Part shown: piece after piece, positions 53,410 through 64,000 of the stretch
Layout: every line of letters begins with the position of its first letter
How positions within the stretch are numbered: position 1 is the stretch's first letter
Assembly: GCA_028534125.1 (NCBI GenBank)
Contig: CM052818.1
Location: 16,060,001 to 16,124,000, forward strand
Origin: Lama glama
Lineage: Eukaryota
Length of the DNA: 64,000 nucleotides
Reading direction: 5' to 3'
Notes under the pieces: generated by a model
Database searches by the model: none
The model's input: only the letters and a program-made list of their open reading frames with translations
Told to the model about the DNA's origin: nothing
Made by a program: the position numbers and the translations under genes

Positions 53410-53825
53410 AACCATTCATCCAGCTTACATGAATTGATGATTTATGATGTGCCAGGCACTGTACCAGTGGCTGAGCAAAAACTGACATGGTCTCAATACT
53501 CACAGATACTGCAGATTATTAAAAAAAAGTGAACATTACTCAAATTATCAAAGAATCACAAACTTAAAATTGTTTTAATTATATTGACAGAGAGGTGCAT
53601 GGTGCTTAAAAAAGCATGTTATAATACAGAAATTTGGTCTTATCAGGAGATTAAGAAAGATTTCCCTGTGTAAGTAAACTAAATTTCAAGAATGGACAAT
53701 TAGTAAGTGTTAAGATGGGAGGGAAGATCATTCCAGGTAGAAAGAATAGTATGTTCAAAGACTCCCAAGTGAGAGAAAGAGGCTATTTCAAGCGACTGAT
53801 AGATGGAAAGTACAACTAGAGTGGT
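53410..53825 (-). mobile_element. L2 LINE fragment
   Basis: 'tgatgtgccaggcactgtacc...atcattccaggtagaaagaatagtatgttcaaagactccc'. Confidence 0.7.
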
Positions 53826-53829
53826 ATGA

Positions 53830-54520
53830 GAAGGGATGTTCCTGCTTCCAGTCACTCTAAGAAGACAGAGCTAGAAAATTATGCATATACAAATCCATGC
53901 ATACACGCACATCTGTATTTATTTCTGTATCTAACTGTATGTACATTTTTTAAATGTGTGTTCATATTAATATCTCAAATTCAATCAAACACTACATCCG
54001 AGCCTTCCCAATTCCTTATCTGTAATTTCATTCTCTTGACACCAAGAGCTACTGCTGTCATTATTTACAGTATGTTTACTTATTTCTTCAAGCATAGTAT
54101 TTACTTTAAATAGTTTCATTATTGCTAATCCATATGGCTGTAAGGAAAGAAAAAAAGCTAACTGGAGTGCAGTAGTTATACATCGTTTTTTTGCTATTTG
54201 CCTTATGTTATGGAGGTAAAACATTTTCCAAATTCACTTAGGTTAGTTCTCTTTCCCACCTTTCCAATGTTGTTAATCATTAGAAACAGGTCTTTTTCTT
54301 ACAGTTTGTATTCCTTTTTGATTTTCTCTTCACCCTTGTTATTTCCTTTTTAAAATTTATATATTTATCAAATTCAACCTTTCTGGTGCACAGTGCTATG
54401 GGTTTTGGGGAATTTATGGAGTCCTATGTCCACCACCACAGTTAGGATACAGAAAATTTCCATTATACTAAAAGTTCCCTCGTGTTCTCACGTATACCCA
54501 GTCCCTCTCCTCAACTCCAA
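53830..54520 (-). mobile_element. L1MC/MD-like 3'UTR fragments
   Basis: 'gacagagctagaaaattatgcatatac' and 'ccaccaccacagttaggatacagaaaatttccatta'. Confidence 0.6.
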
Positions 54521-56509
54521 CAGATGAACTGTTGTAACTAACTCAGGTAGGGTACAATGGATACCCACCAAGAATCACAACATATTTAGAAGAAAGGCAA
54601 TTTCCCATTTTGGAGGAATTTCCCCATTTGGGGGTAGCTGTAATGACTCTCAGGACACAAGAAAACATATAAGTAAGTTAAGTTTGTAGTGTGCCAAACA
54701 ATTCCCCAAAGAGTAAACAAACCAGTTAAGATAATTCAGTGTTCTATTTTTTGTGTCCATTTTATTTTTCATATATCTCACCTTACTCTAATAAAAAAAG
54801 GAAAGTTGAATTACTGAATCACATAATTATTTAATAACAACAGAAATAAGGTAGTCTAAGTTTCTCACAGATAGGAAATTATGATCTAAAAATATAAAGT
54901 GTCTTCTCAAGGCACTGGAGACAGAGAGAGAGGAGAGTGTGTGTGTACTATAAAACATTCTGATATCAGTATTCCTAGATTAATTATTCTTCTACTAAAC
55001 CGCAGTACTCATGAATGGGTACTATCAACCTACCTACCTTATAATAGGGTCAAAATGTGTGTAATGATATTTGTACCTCAGAGAAACATAAGAAAGGAGG
55101 TAGTTTGCAAAATGAAATAATGATTTTACATGAACTATATTTTATAGAAAGCTCAACTTTCATCTGTATCCTTTGATTATCTTTATGATACTCCTCTAAA
55201 TTCATTTCTTCAGGGTTGTGCTATTGGATTCAAATTATGGCTATGGTTTAGAAAAAAGGTCTTATTAGAAAATTTCCATTAGGTATTTTGGGAGTTTACA
55301 AACATAGATTTACTTTAAAATCATTTGGCTTTCCTACTTTCAGTTTATCTGTCAATATTCTTATTCCCCTGAAGATTGTCAAACTGATTTGCCTTTTTCC
55401 CAATTATGAGTTTGATTTTATTTTCAACCATTTTGGATTCAAATACTCTTTTATTAGACAGGTCTCTCTGTGTCCAACGGGATGAAACGAGAATTCACTG
55501 AAAGAGAGGAAAGAAGACAGAAAGGAGTCCCAGGACTGCTGAGACACAGTTGAGACTGATCTGATCTGCAGGAAGAATATTCTCTGTGGATTATGCTACA
55601 TAGGAAGGAATTAGAAATCTTCAACAAAAAGGCTTATGATTGACTAGCAATAGTTCGAAGAACACATTTTATTTTATGCAGCTATTTTCTCATGTTTGTC
55701 TCAGTTTCCATGGCAGTTATATATTTCCTGGGGTTCAGAAATTACTTTAAACTCTGGTTTCTATGAAATAAGAGCAACGTTTTCTATGAAATTTTTTCTT
55801 GCAATGAAAAATCATTTTGTTATTATGCTTAGTTTAATTTTTTTATAAAAGAAAATAGTTGACTGGTTTTCTACAAGGTTTTTGTAGAAGAGGTGCTAAA
55901 TATTTCATGTATAATAATATGCTCTTTATTTAAATAACATTTATTGTCAATTTTAATTTGCTTTATCTAATGCCTAATGATGTTGAACCTCTGTCATATA
56001 CTTATTTGCTATCTGCATATCTTCTTTCTAAAGTTGTTGGTTTGGCATATTTAATTGTGTTACTTTGTCTTTTTCAGTTTCAAATGTCCCTTGTTTATAA
56101 GTTATAATATTCGTTTATCTTCTACTGCTTTGTTTTTATTTTTCACATGTGCTTAAAATACGTGTGCTAAATCTTTGAAATCTTTTCTATGTATCTCACT
56201 GTCTTCTGTTCCATTTTTCCTCTTTATTTTGATTTTCTTTCCTTGGAAGTATTTATTCTCTTTGGAACTTTCTACTTTTTTTTCAATGAATTTATTTTTA
56301 TATGGTTTTCTGTGATATACACATATATATTTATATTTATATATTATTTTTGAGGTGAATGTATGTTTTACCTCAGTATTTTTCTTAAACTTAGTCAATT
56401 CTTATTTTCCATATGAATTCTGTAGCACACTTATATTCTGAGTTTTTAAATGTCTGATTCAAGGACCGTTTTAATACCTGCACAAGTTAAGGACATTAAA
56501 TCTTTAGGG

Positions 56510-56712
56510 CAGGGACTGGAAAACTACAGCCTGAGGGTCAATTTGGCCTACAACCTATTTCGGATCAACCATGAGCTTTGAATACCTGTTACATTTTTGA
56601 AAAGTGGTAAAACAAAACAAAGAAGAATATGCTACAGAGGTTGTATGTGGCTCGTAAAGTCTAAAATGCTTACTCTCCTGCCCTTTACAAAAAAGAGTTC
56701 GACAGCATTTGG
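56510..56712 (+). mobile_element. MER58A-like hAT MITE
   Basis: 'cagggactggaaaactacagcctgagggtcaatttggcc...gtaaagtctaaaatgcttactctcctgccctttacaaaaaa'. Confidence 0.8.
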
Positions 56713-57590
56713 GTTGGTTTATTGTGTTATAGTTTTTATCTGCATTATAGTTCAGTTTTGGCAGGTGAATTTTCAGTAGTTTGACTTTTTATCATTTAAA
56801 TTTTTAACTACAGTAGCTTTGTATGAATACTGTCTTCTGTTTATTTTTTTAGTTTAAAAGTGTCTTCTGCCTTCCATTTAAGAATGTGACTTTTTTAAAA
56901 TTCATGGTGCTTTTTGTGGGGTAGAGGTGGAGCAGGAATGGCAGTGGCAAGTATTTTTTTTTTTCTTTCTGTAGGAATTTTAATGTCCACCACTTGTTTC
57001 CTCTTATCCTCAATACCAAGTGTCCATGAGATGTTCTCCTTCTAAGTGACACTAAAAGTAGTGCCTTCCCCAAAACTATCACTTTTTGTTCTGTGGGCTT
57101 TCAAACCTCTCTCTTTTAGACTGCCCAAGAACCAAAGCTCTGATCTACCATGACTCTTCTATTAAAATTTTCCATTCAGGGTTGAACTCTCTCTTTTTGG
57201 GTAACATTTTCTCAATTTAAAGCCTGTTATTGTTTTCTCATCATTTCCATGTATTCTCTGTTTGATTCTGGATCTGGCCTGGAATCCAGAGATGGTATTG
57301 ATGAATATTTATTTGTTTATACAGATATTAAGTTTCATAGCAGTTTCTATGTCTTTGTTATGCTATAGTTCACTGTGATTGGGTTTATTCACTGTCCTTA
57401 GTGAACTGCTGGTATTTTTTTGAAGATACATGGATAATTAGATTTTGATGGCTCCCATTAACATGGAGGAAACTGGGTCTTACTTATTAATTTAAATTAC
57501 TAGATTTATTTGTAAAATCTAAGCACTGCTCTTTTAGAAGTCACTCTTGTTCCAAATTACTTATTTGCCTTTGACAGCACATATACATAC

Positions 57591-58787
57591 TTACGATTCA
57601 ATAGTCATATAGTCAATGGAGCCATTAATATTTAAATATATAGAAAGTATATATATGTGTATAATTTTTAAAACACTAGCATAGTTGTTGAGAATAATTT
57701 AAGCTCTCTATTACTTGATAGGTATACTTTTTCATCCATTTGAAAGAAGATATACTTTCCAATGCTTAAATTCACATTTAAACATTAACTTGAATGCTAC
57801 CTAGCTCTATCTGACTTCCTCTGCGGACTTCATAGTTGACTTGAGAAATTACCAAGAAGGTGTTGTGTTCCATTTTTCAATTATCTTTTCAAATAGGCTG
57901 AACATTCTTTTTGCTTTTTTCCCTTCCTGGCTAGTTGACAGTGATCAATACCTTTCATTTTATTTATATTAATTTTCAGTGCCAGTATCTGTCTCTCATG
58001 ATTGAATCCCTTCTTCAATTTGTCCATGTATATTGGCTATACTCAAAAGGTTATTATGGAGGGTTACTTCAATTTTCAGTTTGAGTGTTGCAAACTCAAG
58101 TTTCACAGCATCATTCATTTTCATACGTGGGCTTTGGTCCACCGGTTTTCTAGGTATTGAGATAGTATTTAAATTTAAGTATTTTTACATACCTAATGGG
58201 TAAAATGGATGATACTGAGAATTTTTAAGCCCTAAAATGGGTAAAAGAGTTATATATTAGATTGTTGTCCATTCACGAATTTTACAGGAAGAGTCACTGA
58301 AGAACTCACGTAACACCCATATGATGCTACATCTGGATCTAGTTATAATTTTCACTTAAATTAAAAAGACACTGAGTTCCAGACAACTTAAGTGACCAAT
58401 ATATTGTTACAGTGCTAATGACAGTGTGAGGCCTTTTGATTACATCTGAAATAAATTTCTTTATATACTACTGTATACTAGACATTTATATACATACTGT
58501 ATGCTAGAGATATATGTCACCAATTTATATTTACCAATGAAACCCATACAAATAGTTCTGCACTATTATCCTATATAAAAAATTGTTATAATTTATAATG
58601 AGTTAATCACATATTTTAGCAATTTCAGATTTCAAATAGAAAAATAGTTTACAGAGATAAATGAAAATTACTTCATGTGAGGGAAATCAAGAAAGGAGTT
58701 AGGGAAAGTGGTTAGTAAGGGTTTGGAGTTACGATTCAATAGTCATATAGTCAATGGAGCCATTAATATTTAAATATATAGAAAGTA
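57591..58787 (+). repeat. Exact 59-bp direct repeat pair (57591-57649 and 58729-58787)
   Basis: ttacgattcaatagtcatatagtcaatggagccattaatatttaaatatatagaaagta occurs twice, 1138 bp apart. Confidence 0.97.
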
Positions 58788-59296
58788 AAAATTAAATTTT
58801 TAATTATAAAATTTAAAACTTAAAATTACACATAGGAATGAGCTGTGTGTGTCTCTATTTCAATTATTTTTGAATTCTAAATATGGAGTTTAATTGGATG
58901 TCTCATATTATTTTAGGTAACCACAATGGCATCTTTAGACAAGGGTGAGTCTACTTGTCTATCGTCTTATCATTACAATGTACACCTTCTGGGAAACTTT
59001 CTATTTTACAGTATTTTGTTCATAAAACATATTCAATTTTCAAGTGTTTGGTGTTTTTTTGTTTCTATTTTTGCTTTAGTACATGTATTCTTCATTATCT
59101 GTGGCGAGAACATTTATCAAAAGCTTTATATGCAGTGGATGACAAGTTATCTGCCAATTTGCCTTAGGCTGCCCTGGCTTGTCTGTTTTCCAGGTGTAAC
59201 AGTTAATATTACCATGTTTTATTCTTAAAAAAATCCTCATGGAGGATAAATTGTAATGCCCTCTTAATTTTGCCAGCTCTTATTTTAAACTTCATC

Positions 59297-59890
59297 TGTT
59301 GTTGGGGCCTTTGGCCACTGTTTTGAACTGTTGTCCCCATACCAACCAAATCTGAGTAGACTCAGCCCAACTACTGCCACAGCAACCAACTGCACATAGA
59401 AAATTTCAACAGCACCTCATCTTAAGCCTTCATCTTGTGACTCTCACCTCCCTCACTGAGGTTTTGATGTGGCTGATGAAGCATAAGATTCTACAAGATG
59501 TGAATGACACTGACAGATGTACAAATGGAAGCACAGGTGAATTCCACGTACAGCATGGTAGCTCTCCTGACCTGTGGGGAGAAACTTTGACTATTGGGAA
59601 GAGGATCTGAAGGGTAAATTATTCTCTTTTCAATTTTGGGATGGCCTTTCTACGGAGGAGGAGTATTCGTAGAGAATCTCAAAGAAGACAATTGTATGAC
59701 ATCAAGTCATAATTTCAGCTTGATTCTAAGCAGTAGTTAGCTAGAAATAAACCCACATATTTGTTTTTTCCTCCTACTCTAACTCCCCTTTCCTCTTACT
59801 TCTGCTTCCTTGGGACTGCATTCCTTAGTAAAGTAGCAAAATAAGAGATTTTGTTTAGGCTCTGCATTTTTAAGAAACATAAGATGGCAA
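59297..59890 (+). mobile_element. Ancient ERVL LTR (LTR33/LTR16-like)
   Basis: 3' text 'ctgcttccttgggactgcattccttagtaaagtagca...tttaggctctgc'. Confidence 0.65.
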
Positions 59891-60309
59891 ACTTTAACAT
59901 ACTGGAAAGTGATTGCATTGGTTCAGAAAATGTTTAATTATCTTTGATATCAGACAGGACTCATTCAACAAACGGATGATATTTATTTATACACAAATAT
60001 GTATATATACACACATAAGTGTCTGTGTGTGGGTTTTTGTGAATGGGTGTGGGGATGGGTTTGTCTGCATAAAATAGGTGTAATTTCATCATTATTCTCT
60101 TTACTCTGGACAGTTTGGAGTGCCAAGGAAGGTGAATTCCTTGGAATAGCAAGTTTAGAAGGGAAATATCTTTGTTGATATTCACAATTATGTCAGGTAT
60201 TGTGGTGAATGGTTTTACACTTGTCACTGCTTGCATTAACATCTTTTAGCCACTCTAAAGATTGGTGGAGTTAAATTACTGGCTTCAGTTCATATAATTT
60301 ATGGTACAT

Positions 60310-60651
60310 TGTATTACCTTTTTATCGAAATTCTTATTTACTTCCCTTTAAGTTCCCTGCTATGAGTGGTCATACTTTCTAATCACATTGATAATACTTT
60401 TTGGCCATCTCTTGATTAACGAAATGTGAGGGTAAGTAACGAATGTCACCTATAAGCAAAATGTTTAAGAGCCTAGCAAAAGGTTTACCATATACATGTT
60501 CCCTCTTTCGTAAAATCTACATAAAGCAAATTCATAGCTCATTCACAATGGACAGACATACAGTGTGAGCTAGAAATAAACTTCTTGTTGTGAGCCACTA
60601 CAATTTTAAGTCATTTGTACTGAGGTATACCAGACTATTCTGACATATACA
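60310..60651 (+). mobile_element. MaLR LTR (MLT1I/J-like)
   Basis: 'aacgaaatgtgag..aagtaacgaatgtcacc...gtgtgagctagaaataaactt..ttgtgagccact...ctgacatataca'. Confidence 0.75.
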
Positions 60652-61049
60652 ATTAATAACGGTAGTTCATACATCTAAATGTTTAGGTCTTAAGCAGAGA
60701 AGAACAGAATGCATATTCTGCTCTCGAAGGTTTGGAAAGTCATTAGGGATACAAGAACACAAACATAAAATATAAAGAAAAATTATACAAAAAATAGGAA
60801 ATCCAAACAAAATCATAAATGAAGGAAACAGTCAAGAGTTGATAAAGGATTTCAGAGAAGATAGCGTTTCCTAAATTACACTACCATTTTCCCCTATGGT
60901 ACTATTTCTTCTTCTCCATACCCTCAACTTAACATATTTTATTTTATATATTTATTTTAATGATAAGAAAGACATCCTATATTTGTACTATTTTAATAAC
61001 TATATGTAGGTATTACTATGTTAATTAATCATATTATTATAAAACATAC

Positions 61050-61320
61050 AAAGATAAGACAACAATACTGTATGTTATATATAGAGAGAATCTAAAAAAA
61101 AAAAAACCCAAAAAACTAGTGAATACAACAAAAAAGAAATTCATAGATAAAGAGAACAAATTAGTGACTACCAGTAGGGAGAGGGAAGGTGGGGGCAAAA
61201 CAGGGGTAAGTATAAATGTAATATAACTTATAAAATTTTTGAAACACTATGTTGTACACTTGAAATACATGATAATAATATAATACTGTAAATCAACTAT
61301 ACCTCAATTAAAAGAAAAAG
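61050..61320 (+). mobile_element. L1 3'UTR fragment with A tail
   Basis: 'gagaacaaattagtgactaccagtaggggagaggg...tgtaaatcaactatacctcaattaaaa'. Confidence 0.85.
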
Positions 61321-61339
61321 AGGTAAAATCCACTGAACC

Positions 61340-61470
61340 NNNNNNNNNNNNNNNNNNNNNNNNNNNNNNNNNNNNNNNNNNNNNNNNNNNNNNNNNNNNN
61401 NNNNNNNNNNNNNNNNNNNNNNNNNNNNNNNNNNNNNNNAACGTGTACACACACACACACACACACACAC
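61340..61470. other. Assembly gap (100 N, 61340-61439) followed by (CA)n
   Basis: Read directly from the sequence. Confidence 0.95.
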
Positions 61471-63455
61471 AGACCAGCAAAGGAACTGGCTTCCTCTAAC
61501 ACTATGGAAAATAGAAACTTTAACAGGCTTCACAGCAAAACAGAGGTAGAAAAAAGCCAAATTTAACTATAGTCAATTAAGGATCTCTGTACTCCCAGTT
61601 TTTGAAATTTATGTGCATTCAGGCTTTCTCTGCTTAGCATACCTCAAAACTCAAATTCTAATCCATTGAATGTTACCCTAATAACTCTCACTCACTTAAT
61701 TCACTTCAGTCAGGGTAGAAATAGCAACCATGTATACATTCATCACAGAGCTAACAGGAAATAAAATAATAGCTCAGATCTATAAAAAATTGAACTTCTA
61801 GATCAATCTTTGTTCATTTAGTTCTGTTCAGTATCAATTTAAATTAGTCCCACTTATAACAGAATTAACATTAGAAGAATATTTACAAAAATAGTTTCCT
61901 AATGCTAGTAATATAATACTCTGAGAAAATTCAGGGTAAAATCCTGCTTAGTCTGGGTATTGAGAAGCCAAAGCTCCATTAATTATTTGCTGACATTCTA
62001 GATTAAATGTATCATATATAGACTGCAGGGGGGAACTGACAGGATATTCTTCTTCACTTACAATTCCTTATTACCTTTCTCTAAAGATCAGGATCACTAT
62101 TTCTGTGTTATTAAAGACATTAATCTAAAAATACCTGAAATGACCCTAACAATTGACTTGCTAGCATGATGGTTTGTTCAGCTGACTGATCATGTTAATT
62201 AAATTGGCAAACTACAGAAAATACCCTCAGTTTTAATGTGATACTCTAAATATAAGAATTTGGAACTTCCAGTCAGTCTGCTGTGAGGAAAGAGGAGCCA
62301 TCTTCAGAGTCAAAGGTGCTAATGTAAAACTGAATAAATTATAGAATTAAATATTCTCACCCACGGAGTTCTTTAAGATACCATTCCTAGGAAGATCTTT
62401 AAATGGAGTGTAACTGTAACAATTAGTCCAAAAATTTTGGACACATTTTATTAAAATGCTTTCTACTATATTGTTTAGAGTGAGGTAAAAACAAAGGAGA
62501 ACTAGAACATAACTGCAAAATAAATGAGCATTTTCCCCCTTTTGATAGTAATGGGGCGTTACACTCTCTTATACAGACTGGAACTCTACGAGCACTTCCA
62601 TTCTTGCTTATTTTCAGTGTGTGTTGGTCGCAGTCTCCAGGTTTAACAGAAACAGCACCTGATGCCTTGAAGAGTTACTTGATTTGGAAAAACACGCAAG
62701 GAAAATCAGGAACGAAATGAATATAAATCAGAATGACAATGTTATAATATTGGTAAAGCCAGGTAAGAATCCAGGGGAAGTAATGTAATAATAGCAAGTG
62801 GAGCTGAATGTAGCATTTACAAAGGATCAAAAGAGAAGTAAAATCAGTATTTTTAAGGAGTCTTCCAATAATTCCTAGTCTGCAAAACAAATTCAAGCCT
62901 CCCAAATATGGAATGTTCATACATAATCTGGCATAAGTATTTTAAAAAATCAGCATTATTTCTGACTTAGATTGAAAAACTCCAACAAGTTTTCTAGCTT
63001 CCATTCTGGTTCCAATGAATGCACACTCTACAGTTCAAAGTTCAGAGATCTCTTTATGTTAAGATCTCTTTATGTTATAAAATGGCAACAAGATCCATTG
63101 TCACTGTCACTTAGAGTAAATGCAAATGCCTTATCAGATGTGTATGGCCTCCTTCCAGCCTTGGCCCTCACTAACCTGGCACTTTGTTTCTATGCTCTAG
63201 CTATACTGCACTTCCTAGGATTCCTAAAATGCCTCCAGTTCTTTCCACTCTGTGAACTCTACATCCACCTTCACACCACTTTCCTTATTTCTTAACATGG
63301 CTACCTCCTATTCTCCAAGTGCCAGCTTAAATGTAGTTGTTGATGTTGTAGCCATCAAGAACTACTTAATCTTAAATAGCTTCCTCCTACGATCTGCCCT
63401 TAAGCACAGCGTTCTGTTTTTCATAATATTTAACACAGTGTACAGCCATGTATCT

Positions 63456-63905
63456 GTATTAATTAGGATACAAGCTAAGCTGCTAGTAAACAAACAAACA
63501 ATATGAAAAACATGACCTTAAGATTCCGTAGCTTGAATGAAGTAGAATTTGATCTCTCTCCCTCTGAAAACAGTTCAGAGGTGAATGGTCCTGTGGTCAG
63601 CTTCTGCAACCTTCAGTATGTGTTTTTTTTTTTTTTTTTAACTTTTGAGTTCAACACAGTTCAGTTTTTTTTTTTTTTAACCAATATCCAGCCATGAGGC
63701 AAGGGGAAGGAAGTTAGGTTGAGTCAAAGAATATAACAATGAAAGCTATACACACTACTTCTCCTGTCTCCTATTGGACAAAAAATAACTATATTATCAT
63801 ACCTAGTTGAGAGAGAAGCTGGGAAATGTAGTCTATGTTAGAAGTTATTTGTCCAACTGATTCAGTGGCAAGAAAGAATAAATAGCGGAGGACAAACAGT
63901 AGTCT
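63456..63905 (-). mobile_element. MaLR LTR (MLT1K/L-like) nested in an L2 (about 63110-63455 and 63930-64000)
   Basis: 'tcctattggaca...gagaagctgggaaatgtagtct'; L2 text resumes after it with 'cactagactgtaaggcccactaaggcagaaac'. Confidence 0.7.
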
Positions 63906-64000
63906 TGAAAAGGCAAATTTTTTTAATAGTTTAATGTGTGTCTTCTCACTAGACTGTAAGGCCCACTAAGGCAGAAACATAACTCTGTTTATTTATTATT

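Noticed and set aside
57591..58787. 59-bp repeats as CRISPR repeats, LTRs or a TSD
   Set aside because: Only two copies in a mammalian context, no TG...CA termini, and too long for a TSD.

Overview
AT-rich, repeat-dense mammalian genomic DNA, most likely from a camelid (alpaca/llama/camel), judged from two tRNA-derived vic-1-type SINEs. I can support no intact protein-coding gene, RNA gene, CRISPR array or prokaryotic feature, and the supplied ORFs are almost all chance ORFs or retroelement fragments. The window holds: the 3' end of a decayed class I endogenous retrovirus (integrase tail, env relic, 3' LTR; about 1-2486); the 5' part of a young L1 (CpG-rich 5'UTR plus an ORF1 broken only by two nonsense codons, running into a 500-N gap); several solo LTRs, one of them young and spanning a 100-N gap; an ancient CR1/L3 relic; many old L1/L2/MIR fragments, DNA-transposon fossils and microsatellites. 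I did not find a novel biological system. The best leads are an exact 59-bp dispersed duplication, a possible provirus hidden in the gap, a templated filler at an L1 junction and a few candidate spliced exons. Repeat subfamily names come from recalled consensus resemblance, not from a search, and most old-repeat boundaries are approximate.
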